Shown one piece after another: positions 38,448 through 47,555 of a stretch of 64,000 nt of DNA. The stretch lies in the NCBI GenBank assembly GCA_038206915.1, contig JBBRAI010000002.1, forward strand, positions 5,510-69,509. The letters are read 5' to 3'. Every line of letters begins with the position of its first letter. Position 1 is the stretch's first letter. The notes beneath the pieces were generated by a model. That model saw only the letters and a program-made list of their open reading frames with translations, did no database searches and was not told the DNA's origin. Both the position numbers and the translations under genes were made by a program. The stretch is from Burkholderiales bacterium (GTDB lineage: Bacteria > Pseudomonadota > Gammaproteobacteria > Burkholderiales > SG8-39).

Positions 38448-39326
38448 CTACCTGGCGACTTTGCTCATCTCAAAAAACCGCTTTTGCGAAGCGGTCTGGT
38501 TTTCGTAGATCGATCCCTGATTGAGTGCCGGTGGCAACGGCATGCGCGCCGGACAATCGACAAGGCGCGGAACGATGGTTTCTTCGCCGCAAAGCAGGCG
38601 CTCTTTGAAATCATCGTAGTCGGGGATTCCAAGCAATGGAAACGCGTCTGCCGCGCTAACCTCATACAGCAGAAGTCCGCGCGACCGGAGCGAAGTATTC
38701 TGCGCCGATCCATGCACTGTGCGCACGTGATGGAATGAGCACGATCCGGCCGCCCCGATGCAGGGAACGGCATCGGCGAAACGCAGGCCTGCGGCCTCGA
38801 AGTCCATGGCGCCGCAGAAGCGGCCATCGGTGCCGTGGTGGTCATAAGTTGGCCCTTTATGCGTGCCTGGAACGATATAGAGCGCGCCGTTCTCGACGGT
38901 GGTGTCGTCCAGCATTACGCCTACCGCAAGCAGATCGTCGTTGGTATGCGGATAAAACGCCCAGTCCTGGTGCCATTCGACCGGCGAACCGAAACCGGGC
39001 GCCTTAAGATTCAGCTTGGATCCGTGCAGGCGCACGCTCGCGCCGAGCAGATCGCGCAGGATTCCAAGCAGCTTGGGCGAGCGGGCGAATTCCGCAAATA
39101 TCGGATTCACCAGGTGCGGCGACTTGATGCGGCGTACGCGGGGTTCCGTGCTGCTATGGCCCGGTTCAAGGTCATACACCTTGTCGTGGGTCTTGACGGC
39201 GCGTGAACGTTCGACAAGCTCCGCGAGCACGCTCCTCATCTGCGTCCGGATGGCATCGTCAAGCACGCCTTCGACGACGATCGCCCCGACGTCGTTGTAT
39301 TCCTCGATTTGAGCCCTGGTCAGCAT
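38448..39326 (-). CDS. PhyH family Fe(II)/2-oxoglutarate dioxygenase, copy 2
   Basis: The 292-aa ORF follows a GGAGGA RBS. It has WHQDWAFYPH (H-x-D) and the distal His in RTVHGSAQN. Confidence 0.8.
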   Translation of the reverse strand: MLTRAQIEEYNDVGAIVVEGVLDDAIRTQMRSVLAELVERSRAVKTHDKVYDLEPGHSSTEPRVRRIKSPHLVNPIFAEFARSPKLLGILRDLLGASVRLHGSKLNLKAPGFGSPVEWHQDWAFYPHTNDDLLAVGVMLDDTTVENGALYIVPGTHKGPTYDHHGTDGRFCGAMDFEAAGLRFADAVPCIGAAGSCSFHHVRTVHGSAQNTSLRSRGLLLYEVSAADAFPLLGIPDYDDFKERLLCGEETIVPRLVDCPARMPLPPALNQGSIYENQTASQKRFFEMSKVAR

Positions 39327-39381
39327 ATTCTCAATTCCTCCGATGACGTTTGTCCAAAAGCGTACAGTGGCGCGTTCCGGC

Positions 39382-40284
39382 CTACTCCTTCACCGCGCCG
39401 GTCATGCCGGCAACGTAGTGTTCGACAAAAAACGAGTAAAGCAGGGCTACCGGCAGCGAGCCGAACAGGGCGCCCGCCATGAGCGAGCCCCAGTGGTAGA
39501 CGTCGCCGTCGACCAGCTCGGTGAGAACGCCCACCGGAATCGTCTTGTTCTCCGACGAGGAGATGAAGGTCAGCGCATAGATGAATTCGTTCCATGACAG
39601 GGTGAATGCGAATATCCCTGCCGAGATCAGTCCGGGGACCGCCAGCGGCAGCACGATTTTCGTCAGGATCTGCATGCGGGTCGCGCCGTCGACCAGCGCG
39701 CACTCCTCGAGTTCGAACGGAATCGACTTGAAATACCCCATCAACAGCCAGGTGCAGAACGGAATCAGAAAGGTCGGATAGGTCAGGATCAGCGCCCAGC
39801 GCGAATCAAACAGACCCAGTTTGTACACCATGGTCGCCAACGGAATGAAAAGAATCGAGGGCGGTACGAGGTAGGCGCCATAGATGCTCAGTCCAACCCA
39901 GCGGCTGCCTTTGAAGCGCAAACGCTCGATTGCGTAGGCGGCGAGCACGCTGGCAAAAAGGGAAATCACGGTGGCGGTTCCGGACACCAAAAAGGTGTTC
40001 CATAGCCAGTCCGGGTACGAGGTCTCGAACAGCAGCTTCTTGATATTGTGCAGCGTGGGATTGAATACCCAGAACGGGTTGTTCTTTGCGTAGTCGTAGA
40101 TATCGTCGTTGCTCTTGAAAGTAGTGATCACCATCCAGTAGAAAGGAAAAAGCAGGACGAACGTGAAAACCATCAGCGGCAGGTAGACAGTCACGAATTT
40201 GCGTTGCCGCGTCAACAGGAAATCCATTCCACCTTCGGAATGCAGCTTTTCCTCGGACCCCGGGGTAGTGAGCGCTTGTGTCAT
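39382..40284 (-). CDS. carbohydrate-type ABC transporter permease (MalG-like)
   Basis: The 300-aa polytopic protein has the EAA loop ECALVDGATRMQILTKIVLPLAVPG. Confidence 0.85.
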   Translation of the reverse strand: MTQALTTPGSEEKLHSEGGMDFLLTRQRKFVTVYLPLMVFTFVLLFPFYWMVITTFKSNDDIYDYAKNNPFWVFNPTLHNIKKLLFETSYPDWLWNTFLVSGTATVISLFASVLAAYAIERLRFKGSRWVGLSIYGAYLVPPSILFIPLATMVYKLGLFDSRWALILTYPTFLIPFCTWLLMGYFKSIPFELEECALVDGATRMQILTKIVLPLAVPGLISAGIFAFTLSWNEFIYALTFISSSENKTIPVGVLTELVDGDVYHWGSLMAGALFGSLPVALLYSFFVEHYVAGMTGAVKE

Positions 40285-40288
40285 CGGT

Positions 40289-41224
40289 TCAATCCTTGCT
40301 TCCCTGCTGCCAGGCGCGACGTTGCAGCCCGAAAAAGCTGATCAGAATAGCGGCGACCAGGAACGGGACCATCGCTATCGCGATTGCCGCGCCCTCCGCC
40401 ATCTGTCCGCCCGGAATGGCGCGCTGAAACGACAATGTCGCCATCAGGTGCGTGGCGTTCACCGGGCCGCCGCGCGTGATTGCGTAGACGAGTTGAAAAT
40501 CGGTGAAAGTGAACAGCACCGAGAACGTCATCACGATCGCGATGATCGGTGTAAGCAAGGGGTAGGTAATGTGCCGGAATCGCTGCCATTGCGTCGCGCC
40601 GTCTATGGTCGCCGCTTCGTAGAGCGACGGAGAAATCGTCTGCAAGCCGGCAAGAAGGGAAATCGCAACGAACGGGATGCCGCGCCAAATATTGGCGACG
40701 ACGACGGAAATGCGCGCATTCCAGGGGGTGCCGAGAAAATCGATGTAGTGATCGATCAGCCCGGCCTTAATCAGCACCCAGGAGATGATCGAGAACTGGC
40801 TGTCGTACATCCACCAGAACGCGATCGCGGAAAGTGTCGTGGGCACGATCCAGGGCAGCAGCAGCACGGCGCGCATGAATGACTTGAACGCAATGTTTTG
40901 GTTGAGCAGCAACGCGAGTACCAGGCCAAGAAAAAACTTGAACACGCTCGCGACGGCAGTGTAGCCGACGGTGTTGTACACTGACAGCCAGAATACGCTG
41001 TCCTGAAACAGCGACTCGTAGTTTGCCAGTCCGATAAAAACACCCGGCCGCCCGATCTTGGTGTCGGTCAGCCCGAGCCAAAAGCCGAGGCCGAGGGGAT
41101 AGGTCAGGAACACCAGCAGAATCGCCGCTGCCGGCAGCATAAATATGAACCCCAGCGCGTCGGCGCTGTTATTGATGCGGTCCAGCAGGCTCTTGCGCGA
41201 TGACCTTGCCAAGGGCTTCTCCAA
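40289..41224 (-). CDS. carbohydrate-type ABC transporter permease (MalF-like)
   Basis: The 311-aa polytopic protein has the EAA loop EAATIDGATQWQRFRHITYPLLTP. Confidence 0.85.
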   Translation of the reverse strand: MEKPLARSSRKSLLDRINNSADALGFIFMLPAAAILLVFLTYPLGLGFWLGLTDTKIGRPGVFIGLANYESLFQDSVFWLSVYNTVGYTAVASVFKFFLGLVLALLLNQNIAFKSFMRAVLLLPWIVPTTLSAIAFWWMYDSQFSIISWVLIKAGLIDHYIDFLGTPWNARISVVVANIWRGIPFVAISLLAGLQTISPSLYEAATIDGATQWQRFRHITYPLLTPIIAIVMTFSVLFTFTDFQLVYAITRGGPVNATHLMATLSFQRAIPGGQMAEGAAIAIAMVPFLVAAILISFFGLQRRAWQQGSKD

Positions 41225-41330
41225 ATTTGGATCGAGCTAAGTCGGACAAAGTGCGGGCGTCAACCATTACAGAGCGCGCGCTGGATATCGACCGATGCGA
41301 GGTGGCCAGTTTAGACCTTATTCACCCATA

Positions 41331-43262
41331 TCATGCATGACTGGTCGCCGACGCGGCAAGCAGCCGCTTCACCAGCGCAACCGTTTCCGGCGCGCTGGGG
41401 GCAAAGCCGTCGGCGCCTATCTGGCGCGCGTATTCCGCGGTAATCGCGGCGCCGCCGACAATGACTTTGCAGTGTGCACGCAGATTGCGTTGGTCCAGAG
41501 CCTTGATGACTTCGCGCATTTCGACCATGGTCGTGGTTACCAGCGCGGACAGGCCGAGGACGTCGGGTTTGAATTCGACGATCTGGTCGCAAAACTTTTC
41601 GCGCGCTACATTGATGCCCAGGTCGCGCACCTCGAAGCCCACGCCTCGGAGCAGCGTCACCACCAGATTCTTGCCGATGTCGTGCATGTCGCCTTTGACC
41701 GTCCCGATCAGCACCCTGCCGCTTTGGGACTCGCCGCCCGCGGCCAGCAGCGGTTCCAGCACCTCCACCGCCGCGGTCATGGCGCGGGCCGCAAGCAGCA
41801 CTTCGGGGATGAATGCCTCGCCCGTCTCCATGCGCCTGCCGACGGCGCTTATCGCGTCGATAAGCCCCTGCTCGAGGATTGCCTTGGCCTTGATGCCCCG
41901 GTCGAGCAGGGCCTGCACATGGGCCTTGATGTCCTTGTGCTTGCCTTTGGTCACGTCCAGGCGCACTTGCGCGAAGATGTCGTCTGCATGGTTTTGCGCC
42001 GCCGCCGGACCGGACTGTGCCGCCGCGGCAGGCGCCGGCGCGGGACGATGCGCGCTAGCGGCGAGTGGCAGGCGGCCTTCGCGTTCGACGCGCTCGCCGA
42101 TACGCTGCAGGCGGGAGAATACGGCGTCGGGCGGAACCTGGTCGGCAATGCCCACCAGCATGCGCCTGCCCGGCGCCACGGCTTTGAACAGCTGATCCAT
42201 GTAGGCTTCGAAGTCGGCGTCGCTGGTCTGTGGCAGCACGATGGTCGAGGGAATGCCGCCGCACAGGGTCAGATGGCCGCTCCAGCGCCGGTAGTATTCT
42301 GCGAGGGAGATCTTGGTCATCGGCGCCGGACAGATGGACTCCGCGATATGCATGCCTGAGTCGCGGATCAGGTCCATCAATCCTTCGTTCTCGCCGTCCG
42401 TATGGCCCATGACCAGTTTGCCCGCCGCGCCCAGCTCGCGCGAGGCCTTGCGGATCCACGGCGTAATCTCCTGTTCGAAGTACGGCGCATAGGTCAGCAT
42501 GTCATCGTAATTGGCACCCCACCACACCACTTCCGCCGGGGATTTGCACAGGATCTGCAGCATCTTGTCGAACAGGTGCTCCATCTTGCCTGCCAGTTCG
42601 CGCATCTTCGCGTTGTGATCCTTGTAGTGGAAGTAGAACTGCGTCGGATCGAGCAGGTCGCGCTGGATCTGGTGAATCGGCGAGGCTCCCATGAAGCCCT
42701 GCGCCACGGCGACACCATCGTCGCGCATCTCCTCGCGCACCCAGCGCTCGAAGCGCTCGAAGTTGGGCACGATGCCCATATGTTCATAAATGTAGCCCGC
42801 CGGAGCATAGTCTTCCGGCGACTTGATCAGATGGTCGACGATCATCGGGCTGGTGATGCCCAGGCGCTGCGAGGATTCGTCATAGAACATGGTCGAATTG
42901 ACCATGCCGAGCGGTGTGTGATACTCGACGCGGATGTGGCCGCTGTCGTGCCGCACCTTTATTTCCACGTCACGCGGCATCACGAAGTCGTACAGCGTAT
43001 CGCGCGTGCTGAACAGGCCGATGCCGCGATGCAGGTAATCCTTCTGCGACTCCGGATCGAGTATGTTGTCGGCAAATCGAAAATACACGGTCCAGCCTTC
43101 GGCGCGCGCAATCTCGTTCTGCGTGCGGCCGGCGTGCTGCTTGGGCAGGGTGCCGGATGTCGAGTTGGCGAGATACCAAAGGTCAAGCCGCGGTACGTAG
43201 GGCAGGCGATCGACTTCCTCTCCGCGGAATGCGGCAAGCATGCGGCTCTTGTGCGTATACAT
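41331..43262 (-). CDS. fusion protein: URO-D/MtaA-like methyltransferase domain + B12-binding (corrinoid) domain (CmuA-like architecture), copy 1
   Basis: The 643-aa ORF follows an AGGAG RBS. The N-terminal ~400 aa resembles the uroporphyrinogen-decarboxylase family (LPYVPRLDLWY..., ...GGIPSTIVL..., ...VGIADQVPPDAVF). An Ala/Pro linker follows, then a helical cap and a Rossmann B12 domain with GDMHDIGKN (D-x-H-x-x-G), SALVTTT and VGGAA. Confidence 0.8.
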   Translation of the reverse strand: MYTHKSRMLAAFRGEEVDRLPYVPRLDLWYLANSTSGTLPKQHAGRTQNEIARAEGWTVYFRFADNILDPESQKDYLHRGIGLFSTRDTLYDFVMPRDVEIKVRHDSGHIRVEYHTPLGMVNSTMFYDESSQRLGITSPMIVDHLIKSPEDYAPAGYIYEHMGIVPNFERFERWVREEMRDDGVAVAQGFMGASPIHQIQRDLLDPTQFYFHYKDHNAKMRELAGKMEHLFDKMLQILCKSPAEVVWWGANYDDMLTYAPYFEQEITPWIRKASRELGAAGKLVMGHTDGENEGLMDLIRDSGMHIAESICPAPMTKISLAEYYRRWSGHLTLCGGIPSTIVLPQTSDADFEAYMDQLFKAVAPGRRMLVGIADQVPPDAVFSRLQRIGERVEREGRLPLAASAHRPAPAPAAAAQSGPAAAQNHADDIFAQVRLDVTKGKHKDIKAHVQALLDRGIKAKAILEQGLIDAISAVGRRMETGEAFIPEVLLAARAMTAAVEVLEPLLAAGGESQSGRVLIGTVKGDMHDIGKNLVVTLLRGVGFEVRDLGINVAREKFCDQIVEFKPDVLGLSALVTTTMVEMREVIKALDQRNLRAHCKVIVGGAAITAEYARQIGADGFAPSAPETVALVKRLLAASATSHA

Positions 43263-43331
43263 GGGTTCTTGCTCCTGGACTAACGCCGATTTGGCGGTGT
43301 GGCTCTTCTACGTGCGGTTCGTAATGTGGCG

Positions 43332-44252
43332 CTACATCATCGCGCCAGCGCCACGGGCCGCCGCCACGTCTTCCTTCTGCTGCAGCGAAAATATTGAGGT
43401 ATAACCACCCGACCAGTCCGGCGGGATCAGACACGGGCGCGGGTCGTGGTGGGCGAACGCGGCGCGCTTGCCGCGGATGATCATCTGGTCGTGCTTGGGC
43501 TTGATCGGGTTCACGGTGTAGGGGAAGGCATCGGCCGAGGTCAGCGTATACAGAAGCAGCGGCCGGCCGAGGTCCGAGTCGTTCCTGGGGGAGCCGTGGA
43601 TAGTGCGGCAATTGTGCAGCGTAAGCGACCCGGCTGGGCCGGTGAGGTACACGGCCTTGGATAGCTCGATTCTGGCCAGATCAGTCGCGCTGAGGCAGCC
43701 GACCCAGTTGCCCTGGTCGTCATATTGGGTAAGCAGTGGTTCTATCAGGTGGCTCTTTGGGATCACGCCCAGCGGACCCTGATCCATGCCGCAGTCGTAG
43801 ATATAGGTGCCGACAGTCAGGGGCGAATAGTTGGTGTGCGGCCAGAACGAAATATCGTAGTGCCATTTCACCTCTTCACCGCCCTTTCCCCACTTGAAAT
43901 TCAGTTTGGAGTGGTGGAACTTCACGTCGGGCCCGACCAAGTCGGTCACCGCGTCTGGCATGACGGACTTGGTGCAGTATTCCCAGAATACCGGATGGTG
44001 CTCCGCCGGGTTCGACACGCGCCGCAGGCGCGGCGCATCGGGCCGGTGGTCGGGCTCCAGGTCGAAAATGGCGTCCGACGTAGTGACCTTGCGGCTGCGC
44101 TCAATCATCTCGTCGGTTGCGGCGCGCAGCTTATGGATCCATTCGTCGCCGATGATTTTTTCCAGAAGAATGTAGCCCTCGGAAAAATAGGCCTCGCGCT
44201 GCGCCTGGGTCAGCACGCGCGGGGGAATGGCAAGGATCTGTTCTGGGGTCAT
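43332..44252 (-). CDS. PhyH family Fe(II)/2-oxoglutarate dioxygenase, copy 3
   Basis: The 306-aa ORF follows an AAGGAG RBS. It has WHYDISFWPH (H-x-D) and the distal His in RTIHGSPRN. It is clearly paralogous to copy 2. Confidence 0.8.
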   Translation of the reverse strand: MTPEQILAIPPRVLTQAQREAYFSEGYILLEKIIGDEWIHKLRAATDEMIERSRKVTTSDAIFDLEPDHRPDAPRLRRVSNPAEHHPVFWEYCTKSVMPDAVTDLVGPDVKFHHSKLNFKWGKGGEEVKWHYDISFWPHTNYSPLTVGTYIYDCGMDQGPLGVIPKSHLIEPLLTQYDDQGNWVGCLSATDLARIELSKAVYLTGPAGSLTLHNCRTIHGSPRNDSDLGRPLLLYTLTSADAFPYTVNPIKPKHDQMIIRGKRAAFAHHDPRPCLIPPDWSGGYTSIFSLQQKEDVAAARGAGAMM

Positions 44253-44280
44253 GGTGCGCTCCTTTGTTACAGCTAAAACG

Positions 44281-44985
44281 CTAATGACCGAGGTAGAGCC
44301 TTTTGATAGCGTCGGTCTTCTGCAGATCTTCCGATCGCCCCTCGATCGATATGTTGCCGGATTCGAGCAGGTAGGCCCGCGTGGCGCACTCGAGCGCCAT
44401 GGCTGCGTTCTGCTCAGCCAGCAGGATTGTCATGCCGCCGTCCGCCAGCTTGCGCACGGTCTCGGCGATTTCGTCGACTACGATCGGCGCCAGACCCAAG
44501 GTCGGCTCGTCGAGCAACAGGCACTTGGGTTTCGCCATCAAGCCACGCCCAATCGCGAGCATCTGCTGCTCCCCGCCGGACATGGACCCGGCCTTCTGCG
44601 CGTGGCGCTCGCGCAGCCGTGGAAACAGACTGAATACGTATTCGAGATCTTCATCGGCATTGTCGCGATCTGTTCGATGGTAAGCGCCCATCACCAGATT
44701 CTCCGCCACTGTGAATTTGACGAAAATCTGGCGCCCTTCGGGCACTAGCACCAGGCCGCGGTTAACGCGCTCGTGGGTGGCCAGCGCGGAAATATCCGCG
44801 CCGTCGAGATGCAATGCGCCTGAAGTTGCCTTCTTTAAGCCTAGCGCCGTTCGCAAGGTCGTGGTCTTGCCGGCTGCATTGGCGCCGATCAGGGAAACGA
44901 CCTCGCCCGCGCCGACCGTCAGGCTGAGGTCCTTCAGCACATGGTTCTTACCGTAGTGAACGTTAATGCGCTCAAACTCGATCAT
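44281..44985 (-). CDS. ABC transporter ATP-binding protein (LivF-like)
   Basis: ORF 44281..45144 trimmed to MIEFERINVHYGKNHVLKDLS. Walker A is GANAAGKTT, the signature is MSGGEQQ and Walker B is LLLDEP. Confidence 0.85.
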   Translation of the reverse strand: MIEFERINVHYGKNHVLKDLSLTVGAGEVVSLIGANAAGKTTTLRTALGLKKATSGALHLDGADISALATHERVNRGLVLVPEGRQIFVKFTVAENLVMGAYHRTDRDNADEDLEYVFSLFPRLRERHAQKAGSMSGGEQQMLAIGRGLMAKPKCLLLDEPTLGLAPIVVDEIAETVRKLADGGMTILLAEQNAAMALECATRAYLLESGNISIEGRSEDLQKTDAIKRLYLGH

Positions 44986-45748
44986 GGCGATGGCCCAGAT
45001 AGGCTGCGACCACGTTGGGGTCGCGCAGTACTGCTTCAGGGGTGCCTTCGGCGATCTTGGCGCCATGGTGCAGGCTGATCGCGCGATCAGCAAGTTTGCC
45101 AAGAAAGCCGACCTTGTGGTCGATGACACACAGGGTCGTGCCATGCGTACGCAAGTCGCGCAAGACCGCTTCCAGATTTTCGATCTCGGTTTGGCCCAGA
45201 CCCGACGTCGGCTCGTCCAGCAGCAACAACTCGGGTTCGCACATCAGCGCCATCGCCACACCCAGCATCTTTTCTTCGCCGTAGGACAGTTCCGCCGCAG
45301 TCTGGTCGCGAGCCGTTTCGAGACGGCACAGACCGATCACCTCTGCGGCGCGCCGCCCGAGATCGCCTCCCGCGTGACCTGCTTCCGGGTTGAACAGCGT
45401 CGCGATGCGGCGCCAGCCCAGACGTCGTTTCAGCATCAGGTGCCCCGCGATCATCAGGTGCTCGAGCACGCTGAGTTCGGTGAATAGCTGGGGGTTCTGG
45501 AAAGTTTTCACCACGCCGGCCGCCGCGATGTCGTGCGGCCGGTTGCCGTGTATCTCGCGCGCCTTCCAGCGGATTGTCCCGCTTGACGGCACGAGCACGC
45601 CTGCGATGAGGCTGAGCAGCGTGGTTTTTCCAGAGCCGTTCGGCCCGAATACGCCGACGATTTCGCGCTGATCGATCGAAAAGGATATATCCGAAACGGC
45701 GGTGAGCCCGCCGAAACGCTTGGTCAGACCGGAGATTTCAAGCAGCAT
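44972..45748 (-). CDS. ABC transporter ATP-binding protein (LivG-like)
   Basis: ORF 44972..45790 trimmed to MLLEISGLTKRFGG. Walker A is GPNGSGKTT, the signature is LSYGEEK and Walker B is LLLDEP. Confidence 0.85.
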   Translation of the reverse strand: MLLEISGLTKRFGGLTAVSDISFSIDQREIVGVFGPNGSGKTTLLSLIAGVLVPSSGTIRWKAREIHGNRPHDIAAAGVVKTFQNPQLFTELSVLEHLMIAGHLMLKRRLGWRRIATLFNPEAGHAGGDLGRRAAEVIGLCRLETARDQTAAELSYGEEKMLGVAMALMCEPELLLLDEPTSGLGQTEIENLEAVLRDLRTHGTTLCVIDHKVGFLGKLADRAISLHHGAKIAEGTPEAVLRDPNVVAAYLGHRHDRV

Positions 45749-46694
45749 GCCGGCGCCGTCCGAGTGCGGACATCGCTCCATATATGCCATTTGGCATGAG
45801 GAGAATGGTGAAAATCAAGATAGCTCCGTAGACAATGGAGCGGATTTCGGCACTGAAGTGGATCAGGTGCGGTAGTGCGGTGAGTACCAGCGCTCCGATC
45901 ACTGGGGCTGCGACTGCGTTACGCCCACCCAACAGCACCATTGCAACAATTGCGAGCGACTGGTCGATCGACAGAAAGCCGGGTTCTATCGAACCGAGGT
46001 AAAAGGAATACAGGCTGCCGGTGATCGCCGCGATGATATTGCCGGCCACGAACGCCGCAATCTTGTAGCGGAATACATTGATGCCGAGCGTATCGCCCAG
46101 CTCGTCGTTCAGCCGAATGGCGGCGAAACAGCGCCCCATCCATGAATTCACCAGCCGCCAGCACACCAGCACCGTCAGCGCGAGCGAAACCAGGCTGACG
46201 TAATACCACATCGGCGTTCCGGCCAGTTTGACGATGCCTTGCCCGGGTATCCACAGGGTCGGCTTGTCTTGCAGGATGATGCCGAGCGAACCGTTGGTGA
46301 CGTCGTTCCAGTTCAGCACTACCAGCCGCGCCATTTCGGAGAAGGCGAGCGTCACCACGGCGAAGTAGAACTCCTTCAGCCTGAAGCGAAAGCAAATAGT
46401 TCCAACGATGATTGAAAGCACCATCACCAGGAAGGCGGCGAAGAGTGTGCCGATCCAGAACGAGACGCCCAGCCGGGCCATGGCGATATAGGTTGCGTAG
46501 GCCGAGATGCCGAAGGCGGCGGCGTGAAACATGGAGAGCTGTCCGGTGAAGCCGAAGATCAGGTTGAAGCTCACCGCCAGCATTCCGAGCAGGAAGGAAA
46601 ACACAAGGATGGTCAGGACAAAGTCGCTTTTCACCATTGTAGGCAGCAGGGCGAGAACCGCGACTACGGCGAGCAGGCGCGCGCCCGCGCTCAT
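45738..46694 (-). CDS. branched-chain-amino-acid-type ABC permease (LivM-like)
   Basis: The 318-aa polytopic protein shares an ATGA overlap with the upstream permease gene. Confidence 0.85.
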   Translation of the reverse strand: MSAGARLLAVVAVLALLPTMVKSDFVLTILVFSFLLGMLAVSFNLIFGFTGQLSMFHAAAFGISAYATYIAMARLGVSFWIGTLFAAFLVMVLSIIVGTICFRFRLKEFYFAVVTLAFSEMARLVVLNWNDVTNGSLGIILQDKPTLWIPGQGIVKLAGTPMWYYVSLVSLALTVLVCWRLVNSWMGRCFAAIRLNDELGDTLGINVFRYKIAAFVAGNIIAAITGSLYSFYLGSIEPGFLSIDQSLAIVAMVLLGGRNAVAAPVIGALVLTALPHLIHFSAEIRSIVYGAILIFTILLMPNGIYGAMSALGRRRHAA

Positions 46695-47551
46695 TTGCGC
46701 CCTGCGAACAATCCGGCGGGTTTGAACAGCAGGATCGCGACCAGAAAGACAAGGCCGTAGGCATCGCGGAAGGCGATGGGCAGGTAGATCGAGCCGACGC
46801 CCTCGGTCACGCCAAGTATGACGCCGCCGAACAGCGAGCCCATCACGCTGCCGATGCCGGCAAGGATGGCCGACTCGACGGCCTTGAGAATGTACATACT
46901 GCCCATGGTCGGCTCGATTGTATAAAGGCTTGCGTACAGCGCGCCGCCCAGTCCGGCGAGGCCGGTCGAGTAGACGACGACGGCGGACTGAAGCAGCTTG
47001 GTGCGCACGCCCATTAGCTCCGCCGCCTCCGGGTTCTGCGCGTATGCGTAGGCGGCACGGCCGATCCAGGTGCGCGTGAGCGCAGCGTAGGTGGCGAAGA
47101 TGACTGCGAGCAGCACCAGAAACACCACCAGCTTCATCTTCGGCACTATTAGACCGAAGATATGGAATACGCCGGGAAGGACGTAATCCATATCCTTCGG
47201 GGTGGACGTCCAGATGAGCAATGCCGCACCTTCCATGACGGCAATCAGGCCGATTGAAACGAGGAGGCCGTTGACCAGGTTGTTGCGCGTGAAGCGGAAC
47301 AGCGTCTGGTCCGCGATCAGTCCGGCGAGCGCGGTAATCGCCACCGCGCTGGGCACTGCCAGCGCGTAAGGAAGATGCGCGCCGTCGGTCAGGTACCAGG
47401 CCATGTAGGCGCCCAGCATCATGAACACGCCGAGGGCGAAGTTCACGATGCCGGTGATGCCGAACGTGAGGGTGACGCCGAGGGCGACTATCCCGTACAG
47501 CGTTCCGACTATTGCGCCATTGAGGAGCTGGCCGACTATCAGTTGCCCCAC
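46691..47551 (-). CDS. branched-chain-amino-acid-type ABC permease (LivH-like)
   Basis: The 286-aa polytopic protein has a GTG start 4 nt after the SBP stop. Confidence 0.8.
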   Translation of the reverse strand: MGQLIVGQLLNGAIVGTLYGIVALGVTLTFGITGIVNFALGVFMMLGAYMAWYLTDGAHLPYALAVPSAVAITALAGLIADQTLFRFTRNNLVNGLLVSIGLIAVMEGAALLIWTSTPKDMDYVLPGVFHIFGLIVPKMKLVVFLVLLAVIFATYAALTRTWIGRAAYAYAQNPEAAELMGVRTKLLQSAVVVYSTGLAGLGGALYASLYTIEPTMGSMYILKAVESAILAGIGSVMGSLFGGVILGVTEGVGSIYLPIAFRDAYGLVFLVAILLFKPAGLFAGRK

Positions 47552-47555
47552 GGAA

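Noticed and set aside
41225-41330. Possible additional operator copies (ggatatcg, ccatatcatg) between fusion 1 and the permease gene.
   Set aside because: These match only 5-6 nt of a half-site, have no palindromic partner, and one overlaps the stop codon of the fusion gene. This is not convincing.
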